This document shows positions 1 to 10,948 of a stretch of 38,940 bases of DNA, in pieces (position 1 is the first letter of the stretch; every line of letters begins with the position of its first letter). The notes below the pieces were generated by a model. That model saw only the letters and a list, made by a program, of their open reading frames with translations, had not been told where the DNA came from and made no database searches. The DNA is from Deltaproteobacteria bacterium (GTDB lineage: Bacteria > Myxococcota_A > Polyangia > HGW-17 > SLPX01): assembly GCA_011390535.1 (NCBI GenBank), contig JAABSF010000002.1:1-38940 (forward strand), given 5' to 3'. Both the position numbers and the translations under genes were made by a program.

Positions 1-1041
1 GAGATCGAAGCTTACCGAGAGAGCGCAGAAGAACGGGTCAGACAACTTGAAGAAGCAATCTCGGAGGCGGTGAGAGAGAAACATATTATTCGAGAGTCCC
101 TTGAATATCGAATTGAGCAGGTACAAAGGTCGGCCGTTCAAGAGATAAATGCGTTTAGGGTGAGGATGGAAAAGGAGAGAGAGGCCCGTATACAGGCGGA
201 AGAACGGCTGGAAAATGAAATAGCCATACGGGTTTCTTTAGAGAAGCAGCTATCGGAGAGCATGGCTGAAGAGGCTGAAGTTACAAGAGAGCGAGAGAAC
301 CTTGTCTATGAATTGAGCCGGGAAAAAGCAGCTCGGGCTAGGCTTGAAGGTCGGATAAAAGACATGACTCAAGGAGTCGAAACACCGGCTTCTTTAGTTA
401 ACGCAGAGAAGATGCAGGATCTCGAGACGAGGCTGGGAGCTGTTCAAATCGAGCTAAGCGCGGCGTTAGAGAGGGCTGATAGAGAGGAAAGGCTCAGGGT
501 TCAAAGTGATTTGAAAATGGAGGGGTTGGAGCAGGAAAAGAACTCTATACGTCGTCTACTGGGTGAAGCACGCAGTGTTCTTGGTGCTCGTGAACAGGAG
601 CTCGCAGAAGCTCGTAGAGCCATTGCTTTTAAGGAAGATGAAATACAAGAGCATAAAAGAAATCTGAAGACATCGAAAGAGCATATAAAGGAAAAAGATG
701 GTGTACTGAAGACCTTGCGGAAAGATCTTTTTGCGGCGAAAGATGCCGTTGTAAAAGCAGAGAAAGAAAAAGCGGCTGCTATAGCCTCGTTTAGAAGAGA
801 TTTGGTGAGAGTTGAACAGGCATACGGTGCTACACTGCATCATTTGAAGATGGAGCTGGAGGTTAGAGCCGATGAGATGGAAGAGGCCGTGCGCCAGTTA
901 GAGCAAGGAGAAGGGATTATCTGGGAACTTCGTGATGAGGCAACCAGGAATGCTGCAAGGTTGGCCGCGAGCCTGGACGCCTTGAAGCAAAAAGAAATTT
1001 TGATTGAGGAGCTACGAGAGAGTTTAGGAGAGAGCCCATAG
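1..1041 (+). CDS. Long coiled-coil protein, 5'-truncated
   Basis: Frame +1 is open from base 1 (EIEAYRESAEERVRQLEEA...) to TAG at 1041; E/K/R/L/A-rich heptad-like composition; no catalytic motif visible. Confidence 0.75.
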   Translation, partial: EIEAYRESAEERVRQLEEAISEAVREKHIIRESLEYRIEQVQRSAVQEINAFRVRMEKEREARIQAEERLENEIAIRVSLEKQLSESMAEEAEVTRERENLVYELSREKAARARLEGRIKDMTQGVETPASLVNAEKMQDLETRLGAVQIELSAALERADREERLRVQSDLKMEGLEQEKNSIRRLLGEARSVLGAREQELAEARRAIAFKEDEIQEHKRNLKTSKEHIKEKDGVLKTLRKDLFAAKDAVVKAEKEKAAAIASFRRDLVRVEQAYGATLHHLKMELEVRADEMEEAVRQLEQGEGIIWELRDEATRNAARLAASLDALKQKEILIEELRESLGESP

Positions 1042-1050
1042 GGTGTGTTT

Positions 1051-1437
1051 TCAGGTCTTTGGACGGTTTGGATTTTTGCTCACGGAGTGTGTAGATTTTT
1101 TGGTTTTTGGTTTTGCTTTTCTAATTGTGGTGGGGCCGGTGACCGTTATGTGTTTTTTGAGTTTTTGAAATGTGCTGCGGCCGATGCCCTTGATTTTGGT
1201 AATATCCTTTGCTTGTCTGAATGGGTGAGCCTTTCGATGTTGAATTATCGCTTTGGCTCGGCTGCGACCTATGTAAGGAAGTATCGTTAACTTACTCAAC
1301 GGGGCTGTGTTTATGTTGCAGACTCCGGCTATTGGGTGGGGCTTTCGGGGAATAGTTCTCTTAGCGCCGCTTGCCGATGTTGCTAAGGCCGTCACAAAAA
1401 TTGCCATGAGCAGACTCGTGTTTACTACTTTTTTCAT
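1051..1437 (-). CDS. comEA: ComEA/ComE-like helix-hairpin-helix DNA-binding protein with signal peptide
   Basis: Signal peptide MKKVVNTSLLMAIFVTALATSASGA; HhH domain NINTAPLSKLTILPYIGRSRAKAIIQHR...DITKIKGIGRSTFQKLKKHITV; Lys-rich tail; AAGGAG RBS. Confidence 0.9.
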   Translation of the reverse strand: MKKVVNTSLLMAIFVTALATSASGAKRTIPRKPHPIAGVCNINTAPLSKLTILPYIGRSRAKAIIQHRKAHPFRQAKDITKIKGIGRSTFQKLKKHITVTGPTTIRKAKPKTKKSTHSVSKNPNRPKT

Positions 1438-1548
1438 TTTTTTCTCCTTCTTGTTGTTTGCGGTTTAGAGGTGTTTCGGCACCTTTTTTCCGCGGTTTGG
1501 TTTAAGGGGTGCGTGTTGGTGGTAATCCAAATAACCCCATGAAAACAT

Positions 1549-1827
1549 TTACATATTAGCTGAATCGAAGACACTTCTTTCGTGTCTGTGCTCCTGTAAG
1601 GAGACAGTGTCGTTTGACGGAGACTCTGTTCCTGTATCTTCTCGGTCTTTTCTTTTGTGGTTACGAACATGCAACCGTCCGTTTACAGGCATTGCGTCAA
1701 GGCGGACGTTTATTGATCCGTCTTGGTTGACAAAGCCTATTCCAATGCGGACCCAACGGTTTTTAGCACCTTCTCGTTCTACGATTGTGTAGATTGCCTT
1801 TAACTGGACTCCGGTTTCTTGTGACAT
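1549..1827 (-). CDS. Small conserved hypothetical protein, possible ssDNA-binding beta protein
   Basis: WVRIGIGFVNQDGSINVRLDAMPVNGRLHVR core with a polar, disordered tail; AGGAG RBS; sigma54 promoter upstream. Confidence 0.8.
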   Translation of the reverse strand: MSQETGVQLKAIYTIVEREGAKNRWVRIGIGFVNQDGSINVRLDAMPVNGRLHVRNHKRKDREDTGTESPSNDTVSLQEHRHERSVFDSANM

Positions 1828-1877
1828 TTGAAAGACTCCTATGGATTTGAAGGTTTAATTTATGAGATGGTGTCATA

Positions 1878-1894
1878 TGCACAGAACATGCCAG
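1878..1894 (-). promoter_or_regulatory. Sigma54 -24/-12 promoter for the small protein-comEA pair
   Basis: Minus strand CTGGCATGTTCTGTGCA is TGGCA with GG-N10-GC spacing, about 50 bp upstream of the ATG at 1827. Confidence 0.75.
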
Positions 1895-2091
1895 GCACAA
1901 AACCGTGTGTTTTTAGATACTTAGAGGGTTTTTGTATTTTGGCTTACATGACAGGTTTGTTTTGTTATGGTGGGTATCCCCTACGAGCATTTCCAGGATC
2001 ATGGTTGTAAAGGGTCAGCGATTTCGGTAAAGCCCTTGGTTTTGATTATTGTTCATGTAGGGTGAGATGAAATGGTGTTTTGAGTGACGGA

Positions 2092-3924
2092 TTAATTGAC
2101 AGGAATGATAGGCTTGGCGGCTATAAAGGGGATTTCCAGGTAAAACAAATCATCGGCTGATGTTTTTAGGTAGCTGTCCCAAAATCCTGGAGCGTCCACA
2201 GTACCCAGCTTTTCCGCCTCAAGATCCCGGTTCATGTCCATCATGGTGACCTCACCGCCCAAGAAAAAAAGATCCTGGCCGACGGGATCAATGGACAAGA
2301 GGCTGGTTTCGAGTCTGTGTGCCGATGCTATCATTGCTGATTCACATGCATCTTCAAGACACCCCTCCGGTTGCTGTATTTCAGAACAGATGATTTTATC
2401 AATGCTTGTACACGCCCTCTCAGTGTCAGTGGAATTGCCTGATAATAAGTGCTCCAGACCGGAAAGAACACTGGGGATGGATGCTCCGAGGTAATGAGAA
2501 TTAAGCACTTGTAGTAAAAGCCGACCGGGTCTAATGGAAAAACCATGTTCTTCAAATAAGAGCACCATTGGAGATGATGGTTCTTTTTCGATGAGAATTG
2601 AATTCGCCCTTGTTATCGGCGCTCCGATACTTTGAATGTCAACGGATGGCATGCCGAAGGCGTCGTAAAAGCGGGCGGTTTTCAAAACATGATCAGCCAC
2701 CCATTGTCCCGGCACACCGATACTTCGAAAGCTCATCATTGAATAGATGGTGAACCTTAATAAGGCGGAACTCTCCGTTTGTGCGAGTGCTTTTAGCTTT
2801 GCTGTGGATTCCTCTCTGCAGACGCTCTCCTGGAGTATTTTGTCCAGAGAGGGTGAATTGCCTTCTGTCCATCCGGTACGACACCGCGCGACTTTTTGTC
2901 CGCGGAGATCTTCAATTTTTAACCCCAACTCATTGGTAGGGGTGGTGTTTCCGCAGGTGAGATCTTCCGGGTCTGTTTCAGGGTTTTCCAAAGCGCTTTG
3001 GAGGCAATCCAAAAAGCTCTCGGCACACCCGTAATCACATTCTCCCATGAATGTCCACGGGCGGAGGGCTGTCATTATTTGTTCGCCTCCGTTTTCTCCG
3101 GAAGGCAGGACTACTTCTGAACGAACTTCGTACAAATCTGAAGGGTTTGGGACCAGATCGTGCATAATGATTATGGTCTGGAGGAAAGCATTTGGTTTTA
3201 GAGCATTTTCTCTGATTTCTTTGCAACCAAATGTTTCTTTTTTTCCCTCATCGTTTTTTGATAGTATGGTTACCGCATATGAAGATAAGAGTGGAAGGAA
3301 CCCGAAAACAGCATTATCTTGCAATGATTCCAGAGTTCTGACTTTTTCGGCTATTATTGGATCGGACATTTCCAGTTCAGAGCATGTTCTGCCCAAATAG
3401 AGCGAAGCTTGTATTTGTTTCAGATCTTCAGGGTTATGCATCCCTTCGTAATCTGTAAAAACAATGAGGGATCCGAAACCGGCATCACTCACGGCGACAT
3501 TATATCTAACCAATGGCGCAGACTCTGCTGTGACATCCACATCAAAAAAGGATTCTTCATAACCTGCCATTAAAAGCATTGTGGCTATTCCATTTTGGTC
3601 TGTGACCGCTTTAGGCTGAGCAAGTGTGGAGCCTCCTGTTTCTCCCCGCATGGCGAAGAGAATTTCCTCGCCGGCCAAAGGATCGCTTGTGTGATCTGTA
3701 TAACGAACCTTCAGCGTTATGGATTCTCCGGGAACAAGCCCTATGTCTCTACCGGGGGGTGACAGAATCGTAAGTAAATTAGGGCCCGTTATTTCTCCGT
3801 CGGGATCTGGCTGACCAGCTGTGTCTGAGCAGCCAAAAAGGGCTACGCTCAGGCAAAACGTTAAGAAACACAATCGTGCAAAAAATGATTGCAAAGAATT
3901 AGGTAGTGAAATCGATCCGTCCAT
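2092..3924 (-). CDS. Lipoprotein with N-terminal Ig-like (Big_1/invasin-type) domain and Cys-containing C-terminal region
   Basis: Lipobox ALFGC; ITLKVRY...PLAGEEILF...AVTDQNGIATMLL is Ig-like; scattered Cys in the C-terminal half. Confidence 0.7.
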   Translation of the reverse strand: MDGSISLPNSLQSFFARLCFLTFCLSVALFGCSDTAGQPDPDGEITGPNLLTILSPPGRDIGLVPGESITLKVRYTDHTSDPLAGEEILFAMRGETGGSTLAQPKAVTDQNGIATMLLMAGYEESFFDVDVTAESAPLVRYNVAVSDAGFGSLIVFTDYEGMHNPEDLKQIQASLYLGRTCSELEMSDPIIAEKVRTLESLQDNAVFGFLPLLSSYAVTILSKNDEGKKETFGCKEIRENALKPNAFLQTIIIMHDLVPNPSDLYEVRSEVVLPSGENGGEQIMTALRPWTFMGECDYGCAESFLDCLQSALENPETDPEDLTCGNTTPTNELGLKIEDLRGQKVARCRTGWTEGNSPSLDKILQESVCREESTAKLKALAQTESSALLRFTIYSMMSFRSIGVPGQWVADHVLKTARFYDAFGMPSVDIQSIGAPITRANSILIEKEPSSPMVLLFEEHGFSIRPGRLLLQVLNSHYLGASIPSVLSGLEHLLSGNSTDTERACTSIDKIICSEIQQPEGCLEDACESAMIASAHRLETSLLSIDPVGQDLFFLGGEVTMMDMNRDLEAEKLGTVDAPGFWDSYLKTSADDLFYLEIPFIAAKPIIPVN

Positions 3925-4000
3925 GCATTAAGAATACCACAGAGCTTTCCGGAAACAATACCTTAAGGAAATATCACTTTTACAATACCTTTTATTTTGC

Positions 4001-4029
4001 TTGAACTCCCAAAAAGGGGGTGCTAATAG
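4001..4029 (+). promoter_or_regulatory. Putative sigma70-type promoter of the mre operon
   Basis: TTGAAC-N17-TAATAG with an extended -10 TG. Confidence 0.4.
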
Positions 4030-4177
4030 ACTTTGGTCATGAGAACAGCTCTGTTATTGGTAACCGTAGTGTTATAAAATGTCTTTTTTTCCAGTAATAG
4101 GGTTCAAAAATTATTGATTTCGGGTTTATACGTGCTTTTTATTGCAGTTTAGATTTTCCTTGGCGAAAAGTGCGTAG

Positions 4178-5230
<1,053 letters not shown>

Positions 5231-5330
5231 CTCTGCTCTGCCTTGACTCATGTTCAGGCTCTCGCCTTGCTAGGTTGGGGAATGCCTGCTACCCTGTTTT
5301 TCCTGAAAGAGAGAGGTTTGTCTGGTTGCC

Positions 5331-6245
5331 ATGGTCTTTGTAATACTTTCAAGAAAGGCCCGGGAGTTGGTTCTTTGTGTTCTGCTCTTAACCCTCCCGG
5401 TGATTTTTCTTTATTCGAACATAAAGAAGCCTTCTGAAATAAACTCCTTTGATCGTGTGATTCTTAAAATATCCGCGCCTATTCAGCAGGCATCGGTTGC
5501 GGTTTTCAGGCGGGTTCTAGCGGTCTGGCAAGACTATCTTTATCTTGTAAAGTTGCGTGCCGAGAACAAAAAAATAAGAAGTGAAAATAAAATATTGAGG
5601 GCAAATAACAGAATCTTAACTGCCTGGGCCGCGCGTGGCCGAAAACTCGAGAGGATGCTTAATTTTAAAAAAGATTCGCCTGCGGAGATGCTGGCGGCAA
5701 AAGTGATCGGTCGTTCTGTGTCGCCCTATTTTAGAGTCGTCCGTATACGCATTGATCGAGGAGATAAGGAGGTTGCTCCGGGGATGCCTGTTGTCGTACC
5801 GGAAGGTGTTGTTGGGCGCATACACAGGGTTTTCGGTGAGTATTCCGATGTTTTGCTCTCTGTAGATCCTTCTAGCCGGATAGATGTTGTGGATTCAAGG
5901 ACAGGTTCCCGTGGTATTTTAAAGGGGAGCGGAGATCAAAAAGGATACACTGCAAGAATAGATTATCTTTTAAGACAAGATGAGGTTCAGGTAGGGGATC
6001 AGGTGGTAACATCAGGGATGGGAGATCTGTTTCCGAAAGATCTTCCCGTAGGGACTATTGTGAAGGTCTTGAAGAAAAGCTATGGCCTTTACCAAGAGGT
6101 AGTAGTCAAACCGGCAGTGGATTTTTCAAGAATAACGAAAGTCATGGTGGTGATTTCTCCACCACCACCGCCGGATCCTACAGCTCCGAAAAAAGGGCAC
6201 CGAAGAACAAGAAAGTCGAGAGTAGGGTTGAGACCTTATGATTGA
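5331..6245 (+). CDS. mreC: Rod shape-determining protein MreC
   Basis: TM helix, coiled coil LRAENKKIRSEN, IDRG..GMPVV..GVVGRI, VVTSGMGDLFPKDLPVG; follows mreB. Confidence 0.95.
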   Translation: MVFVILSRKARELVLCVLLLTLPVIFLYSNIKKPSEINSFDRVILKISAPIQQASVAVFRRVLAVWQDYLYLVKLRAENKKIRSENKILRANNRILTAWAARGRKLERMLNFKKDSPAEMLAAKVIGRSVSPYFRVVRIRIDRGDKEVAPGMPVVVPEGVVGRIHRVFGEYSDVLLSVDPSSRIDVVDSRTGSRGILKGSGDQKGYTARIDYLLRQDEVQVGDQVVTSGMGDLFPKDLPVGTIVKVLKKSYGLYQEVVVKPAVDFSRITKVMVVISPPPPPDPTAPKKGHRRTRKSRVGLRPYD

Positions 6246-6305
6246 CACAAATTTTTTGAGCAAACTGGTTATGTATTTTGTTTTTGTAAAGGATGCGGGA
6301 AGTAA

Positions 6306-6824
6306 ATGAATCGAAGGCATTTAGTTCTTTTTATTGAAGGGTATCTCGGGTTGGTGCTTTTAGCCCCCCTGAATCACCTGTTGCCTTGGAAGATACCCTT
6401 TCCTGATCTGGTTTTGTTGACGGTTCTTTATACAGCGCTGGCCGTAAAGGGCAGTTTTGCCGCAGGGGCCGCGGTGGCAGTTGGGCTGGGTTATTTGGCC
6501 GATTTGTTTACCGGGGCACCAAAGGGACTTTACAGCTTAACCTTGGGCATTTGTTATTTTACGGTGCGATCCATGAGCGCTCGACTCTATGTGAGAGGAA
6601 AGATCTCCCAGGTGATGGTGGCGTTTTTTGTTGCAATGGGGGTGGGGGTTTTGCAGGCGGTTATGACAGCATTTATTGGTGAGTACTCTTTTTTTCCACT
6701 TTTGAAATCGGCTTTCGGTGGAGCTGTAGCCACGGCCCTTTGTTCTCCGTTTGTTTTTTGGGTATTATGGTCCATGGATCGTAAGGTGGCGCCGGAGATA
6801 ATTTTTGAAGGATTTTTTAGATGA
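6306..6824 (+). CDS. mreD: Rod shape-determining protein MreD
   Basis: Hydrophobic 172 aa with PDLVLL and LGYLADLF..G; lies between mreC and mrdA. Confidence 0.9.
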   Translation: MNRRHLVLFIEGYLGLVLLAPLNHLLPWKIPFPDLVLLTVLYTALAVKGSFAAGAAVAVGLGYLADLFTGAPKGLYSLTLGICYFTVRSMSARLYVRGKISQVMVAFFVAMGVGVLQAVMTAFIGEYSFFPLLKSAFGGAVATALCSPFVFWVLWSMDRKVAPEIIFEGFFR

Positions 6825-8692
6825 TTGGCAGTGGATCACAAGACATAGGTTTCGGAAAGAGGTCGCACTATTTAGTGGCAGTGGTATCGGTCTTTTTCTT
6901 TTTATTGGGCGCCAGACTCTTTCATTTACAGGTTATTGAAGGCGCAGAATATCAAAGGAAAGCTGAGAATAATTTTATTCACAGGGTTGTCCTCTCACCG
7001 GTAAGAGGGCTGATTAAAGATCGAAACGGCAGGGTTTTGGTACATAATCGGCCTAGTTACAATGTTTACATTATCCCTAGGTTTTTCACCGAGAGTGCTT
7101 TTGATAATCTAAAGAGACATCTTGGGTTGGATGACGAACAGATCAACTACATAGACAATAAAATCATAAAAGCGCAAGGGGAGAAGCGGTTTTTTTCTCT
7201 TCTCGCCGTGAGAGACATAGGCAGAGATGAGCTCGCGAAGTTGGAGACCAATATGCATCAAATGCCTGGTGTCAGGGTTGTTTCCGAGACCAGGCGCGTC
7301 TATCCCCACGGCCCCCTGGCCGCACATGTGCTGGGTTATCTCAATGAAGTGTCAGGCAGTGAGATTGAGAGGCTTAAGGGTTATCGACCCGGCGACAAGA
7401 TTGGCAGATACGGTGTAGAGAGGCGATGGGAGTTCTATCTGCGCGGGATTCCAGGTATGGAGTCTTTTGTAGTGAACGCAAGCGGTCAACGTAAAGATGA
7501 AAATGTACAGAACAAGCTTCTTGGTCCTCTATCCAAGCGGCGGGAGGATGCGCGTCCGGGTTATCATTTAGTTCTGACGATAGATGCCGATGTACAGAAG
7601 AGCGCCGAAAGAGCTCTGCGGTGGCATGATTCCGGTGCGGCTGTTGTGCTGGAAGCAAAAACGGGACGAGTGTTGGCCATGGCATCAAAGCCCAGTTTTG
7701 ATCCGAATGTGTTGAGTGGACGGCTCTCTCAAGAGCAAGCTCGCGCACTTTATGATAACCCTTATAATCCGATGTTGGATAAAGTTCTTCAAGGGAGTTA
7801 CTTCCCTGGGTCAACTTACAAAGTCATTCCGGCAATAGCTGCTTTAGAGGAGCGACTGGTAGACACATCTGAAGAGCTTTTTTGTAAAAAATACCACGAA
7901 TATGGGAAGCGGTCTGCCTTTCGTTGTACAAAAATGCATGGACCGATGGATTTATACCGGGCTATTGTACAAAGCTGTAATATCTATTTCTATCACATGG
8001 CCGAGAGGGTTGGGATGGATAGAATGGCACGTTATGCCAGAGATTTTGGTTTGGGGACACCAAGTGGTTTGGGGTTGAACAGCGAACAAGGTGGGTTCAT
8101 TCCGACAAAGGCTTGGTACAACAAGAATATGCCCGGAGGTTTTCGAATAGGTCACACCCTTAACTCGGGTGTCGGGCAGGGTAATGTTACAGTGACACCA
8201 TTACAACTTGCAGTGTTGTTTTCAACCATAGCAAATGGAGGGAAGCTTTATTTGCCTCAGATTGTGGAGAGAATAGAATCCACCGATGGTGAGGTTGTAC
8301 AGGAATTTCCTCCACAAATCAGAAGGCGGGTACAAGTCTCTCAGAAAACACTTCGTTTGATTCGAGAGGCGCTATCAGGTGTTGTCAATCATCCTCTCGG
8401 GACGGCGCATGAAGCTAGGGTCAATGATATCGAAGTAGCCGGTAAGACCGGGACGGCACAGGTAAGAAAAATCGGGAAAGCAAGGCGGGGAGGCAAAGAG
8501 TGGAGAAGGTTTATGGATCATGCCTGGTTTGCAGCCTATGCACCGGTGGGTGATCCGGAGATCGTCGTTGTGGTGTTGGTGGAACACGGCGGAAGCGCGG
8601 CCAAAGTTGCAGCGCCGGAGGCCATAAAAATCATTAGACATTATTTTAAGCAGATCAAGCCTCGGCGCCAACAAAAGGGCGATTCTATTTGA
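6821..8692 (+). CDS. mrdA: Penicillin-binding protein 2
   Basis: RGLIKDRNG, RVYPHG, transpeptidase motifs STYK (SxxK), SCN (SxN), KTGTAQ. Confidence 0.96.
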   Translation: MIGSGSQDIGFGKRSHYLVAVVSVFFFLLGARLFHLQVIEGAEYQRKAENNFIHRVVLSPVRGLIKDRNGRVLVHNRPSYNVYIIPRFFTESAFDNLKRHLGLDDEQINYIDNKIIKAQGEKRFFSLLAVRDIGRDELAKLETNMHQMPGVRVVSETRRVYPHGPLAAHVLGYLNEVSGSEIERLKGYRPGDKIGRYGVERRWEFYLRGIPGMESFVVNASGQRKDENVQNKLLGPLSKRREDARPGYHLVLTIDADVQKSAERALRWHDSGAAVVLEAKTGRVLAMASKPSFDPNVLSGRLSQEQARALYDNPYNPMLDKVLQGSYFPGSTYKVIPAIAALEERLVDTSEELFCKKYHEYGKRSAFRCTKMHGPMDLYRAIVQSCNIYFYHMAERVGMDRMARYARDFGLGTPSGLGLNSEQGGFIPTKAWYNKNMPGGFRIGHTLNSGVGQGNVTVTPLQLAVLFSTIANGGKLYLPQIVERIESTDGEVVQEFPPQIRRRVQVSQKTLRLIREALSGVVNHPLGTAHEARVNDIEVAGKTGTAQVRKIGKARRGGKEWRRFMDHAWFAAYAPVGDPEIVVVVLVEHGGSAAKVAAPEAIKIIRHYFKQIKPRRQQKGDSI

Positions 8693-8722
8693 GTCGACAC
8701 TGCTTTTTGCTCAGGTTTTTGC

Positions 8723-9823
8723 ATGCAAACTTTATTTAGGAGACTTCGAGTTGAGCTTGATTGGACACTATTACTCATTTTGATGTCCATTATTGGGATA
8801 GGTCTGATTAATCTGTACAGTGCCTCGCGGGGTCTTCGTGAGGGGATGTTTTTTCAACAAGTCTATTGGGTGATTTTAGGGTTTTCTGTTTTTCTAGTGG
8901 TAGCGACGATAGACTACAGGCTGTACAATCAGTACGGCTATATTATATATGTTCTAGGGATTTTGACGCTGATATTGGTGGTGCTCATCGGGAGGACGGT
9001 AAAAGGTTCAACTAGATGGCTTGGTTATGGGCCTTTTCAAATCCAACCCTCGGAAATCATGAAGGTAGTGGCTATTATAGCATTGGCAAAATATCTTCAT
9101 AACGAACCTACCCCCGAAGGAAGAAACTTAAAACAGATGGTGATCCCCTTTGGGATAGTGGCTTTGCCCATAGCATTGATTTTGTTGCAACCTGATCTGG
9201 GCACTGGAATGCTGATTTTGCTGATCTTTTTTTCATTGATGCTCATAACGAAGCTCAAGATAAGATCTCTCATTACATTGTTGTCAACGGGGTTTGTGAT
9301 AGTGCCGCTGGTATGGAGCTTCATGCTTAGAGATTATCAAAAGCGGCGAATACTAGTGTTTCTGGACCCATCCTCTGACCCGTCGGGGGCCGGCTGGCAT
9401 TCCAGGCAGTCTATATATGCCATCGGGTCAGGTAGACTTTTTGGAAAAGGATATATGCAAGGAACTCAGCATCAGTTTAAGTTTCTGCCTGAACACTGGA
9501 CGGATTTTCCTTATTCGGTTTGGGCGGAGGAGTGGGGTTTTTTGGGAGCGCTGATTTTGCTCGGGCTTTATTTGTTTCTCATAATATGGTCGATTAGGCT
9601 TGGTGCCAAGGCGAGAGATCGTTTCGGAGCGCTTATTTGCTTCGGAGTGGGAGCCATGTTTTTTTGGCACGTCATTATCAATGTCGGAATGGTTACAGGG
9701 TTGGTGCCTGTCGTTGGTGTTACTCTGCCTTTGTTTTCATATGGGGGGTCTTCCATCCTTACCTTCATGATGGGAGCGGGTTTGTTGATGAGCGTTGGCT
9801 CTCGACGTTATTGGGGTAGCTAA
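8723..9823 (+). CDS. rodA: Rod shape-determining protein RodA (SEDS glycosyltransferase)
   Basis: RWL..GPFQIQPSE, QPDLGT, AIGSG, LPEHWTDF, GVTLPLFSYGGSS. Confidence 0.96.
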   Translation: MQTLFRRLRVELDWTLLLILMSIIGIGLINLYSASRGLREGMFFQQVYWVILGFSVFLVVATIDYRLYNQYGYIIYVLGILTLILVVLIGRTVKGSTRWLGYGPFQIQPSEIMKVVAIIALAKYLHNEPTPEGRNLKQMVIPFGIVALPIALILLQPDLGTGMLILLIFFSLMLITKLKIRSLITLLSTGFVIVPLVWSFMLRDYQKRRILVFLDPSSDPSGAGWHSRQSIYAIGSGRLFGKGYMQGTQHQFKFLPEHWTDFPYSVWAEEWGFLGALILLGLYLFLIIWSIRLGAKARDRFGALICFGVGAMFFWHVIINVGMVTGLVPVVGVTLPLFSYGGSSILTFMMGAGLLMSVGSRRYWGS

Positions 9824-9846
9824 CAAAGAGATCAAGGTTTTAGGTT

Positions 9847-10848
9847 ATGGATTTTTTCTCTCATGGAAAGAAAGATCTTCTTGGATTTGTCGCTAAGAGT
9901 CCGGCTATGGCTCCGGTCAGCGCATTTTTGTCTAGGCAATCAAAAACAAACCTGCCGATCATTATCGAAGGAGAGGCGGGTACAGGTAAAGAATTTGCTG
10001 CGCGGTTTTTGCATTACAATGGTTCCAGGAGGGAGGCTCCCTTTTCCACACTTTCCTTGACATCTTTGCCTCCCGAGCTCGTTTTTAATGAGCTTTTTAG
10101 TGTCACCACAGGAAAGTTTCATGGAACCCGAGGGGGAAGTTTGGTTTTAAAAGAGCTTTGGGCGTTGCCAAAAAAAGACCAAAAACGGCTTGTGGAAATA
10201 TTGAGCGATGATGGCAGGAAGGACAAAACTCCGCTGGAAGTGTGGGATGTCCGTTTGATCATGACATCATCCATGAATCTCGAAAAATCTGTTGAGAGCA
10301 AATTTGTAGATCCTGAGTTGAAGAGATTTCTGCAGCAAAACAGGGTCCTTATCCCCCCACTACGAAGAAGACCTTCAGACATAGGGGGTTTATGTGAGTT
10401 GTTTTTGGAAAGGATGGCAAATGATCTCGAAAGGCCGAAGATCAGGATGGATGCACGAGTTATAGATAGGCTGATTGAATATGATTGGCCCGGCAACATT
10501 AAAGAGTTAAAAGATATTGTAAGGCGAATAGTGGTCCAGGCGACAGAAAACCGGATAACAGAGCACCACCTGAAAGGGATCCTTCCTATGGTAGAAGATG
10601 ATATTCCAGTTGACAGGTTTTCTTTGGAGGAGCTCATGAGAGCCAAGCTCGGGACCTTTTTAAAGAGAATCCGTGGATACCATGTTGAAGGTCTCTACTC
10701 TGAGGTGATGTCTCGTGTTGAGACACCGCTTCTGGAGTTGGTGCTTGAAGAGACGGGAGGAAATCAACTTAAGGCCTCGAAAATATTGGGGATCAATCGC
10801 AACACGCTTCGCAACAAAATCAGGAAAAAGAGCATAAGAGTTCGTTGA
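9847..10848 (+). CDS. Degenerate sigma54-activator-like AAA+ protein with Fis-type HTH
   Basis: Walker A GEAGTGKE, YDWPGNIKEL, HTH GNQLKASKILGINRNTLRNKI; GAFTGA loop absent; Walker B reads LVLKE. Confidence 0.85.
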   Translation: MDFFSHGKKDLLGFVAKSPAMAPVSAFLSRQSKTNLPIIIEGEAGTGKEFAARFLHYNGSRREAPFSTLSLTSLPPELVFNELFSVTTGKFHGTRGGSLVLKELWALPKKDQKRLVEILSDDGRKDKTPLEVWDVRLIMTSSMNLEKSVESKFVDPELKRFLQQNRVLIPPLRRRPSDIGGLCELFLERMANDLERPKIRMDARVIDRLIEYDWPGNIKELKDIVRRIVVQATENRITEHHLKGILPMVEDDIPVDRFSLEELMRAKLGTFLKRIRGYHVEGLYSEVMSRVETPLLELVLEETGGNQLKASKILGINRNTLRNKIRKKSIRVR

Positions 10849-10948
10849 ATTATGATCATTATCTGATTTTATTTCTATTGAATAAGTTGTTCTTGCGAAA
10901 ACTCTAGATACTCCGCTAAAATGAAGAACTCTTTTTTTATGGTGACTT

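Noticed and set aside
1-1041. SMC or defence ATPase interpretation of the coiled coil
   Set aside because: No Walker B or signature motif at the C-terminus; the N-terminus is outside the window.
3924-3940. GG-N10-GC match GTGGTATTCTTAATGCA upstream of the Ig-like lipoprotein
   Set aside because: It abuts the start codon and reads equally well as an extended -10 element; ambiguous.
3955-3991. Direct repeat ACAATACCTT twice in the divergent promoter region
   Set aside because: Short and AT-rich; no independent support.
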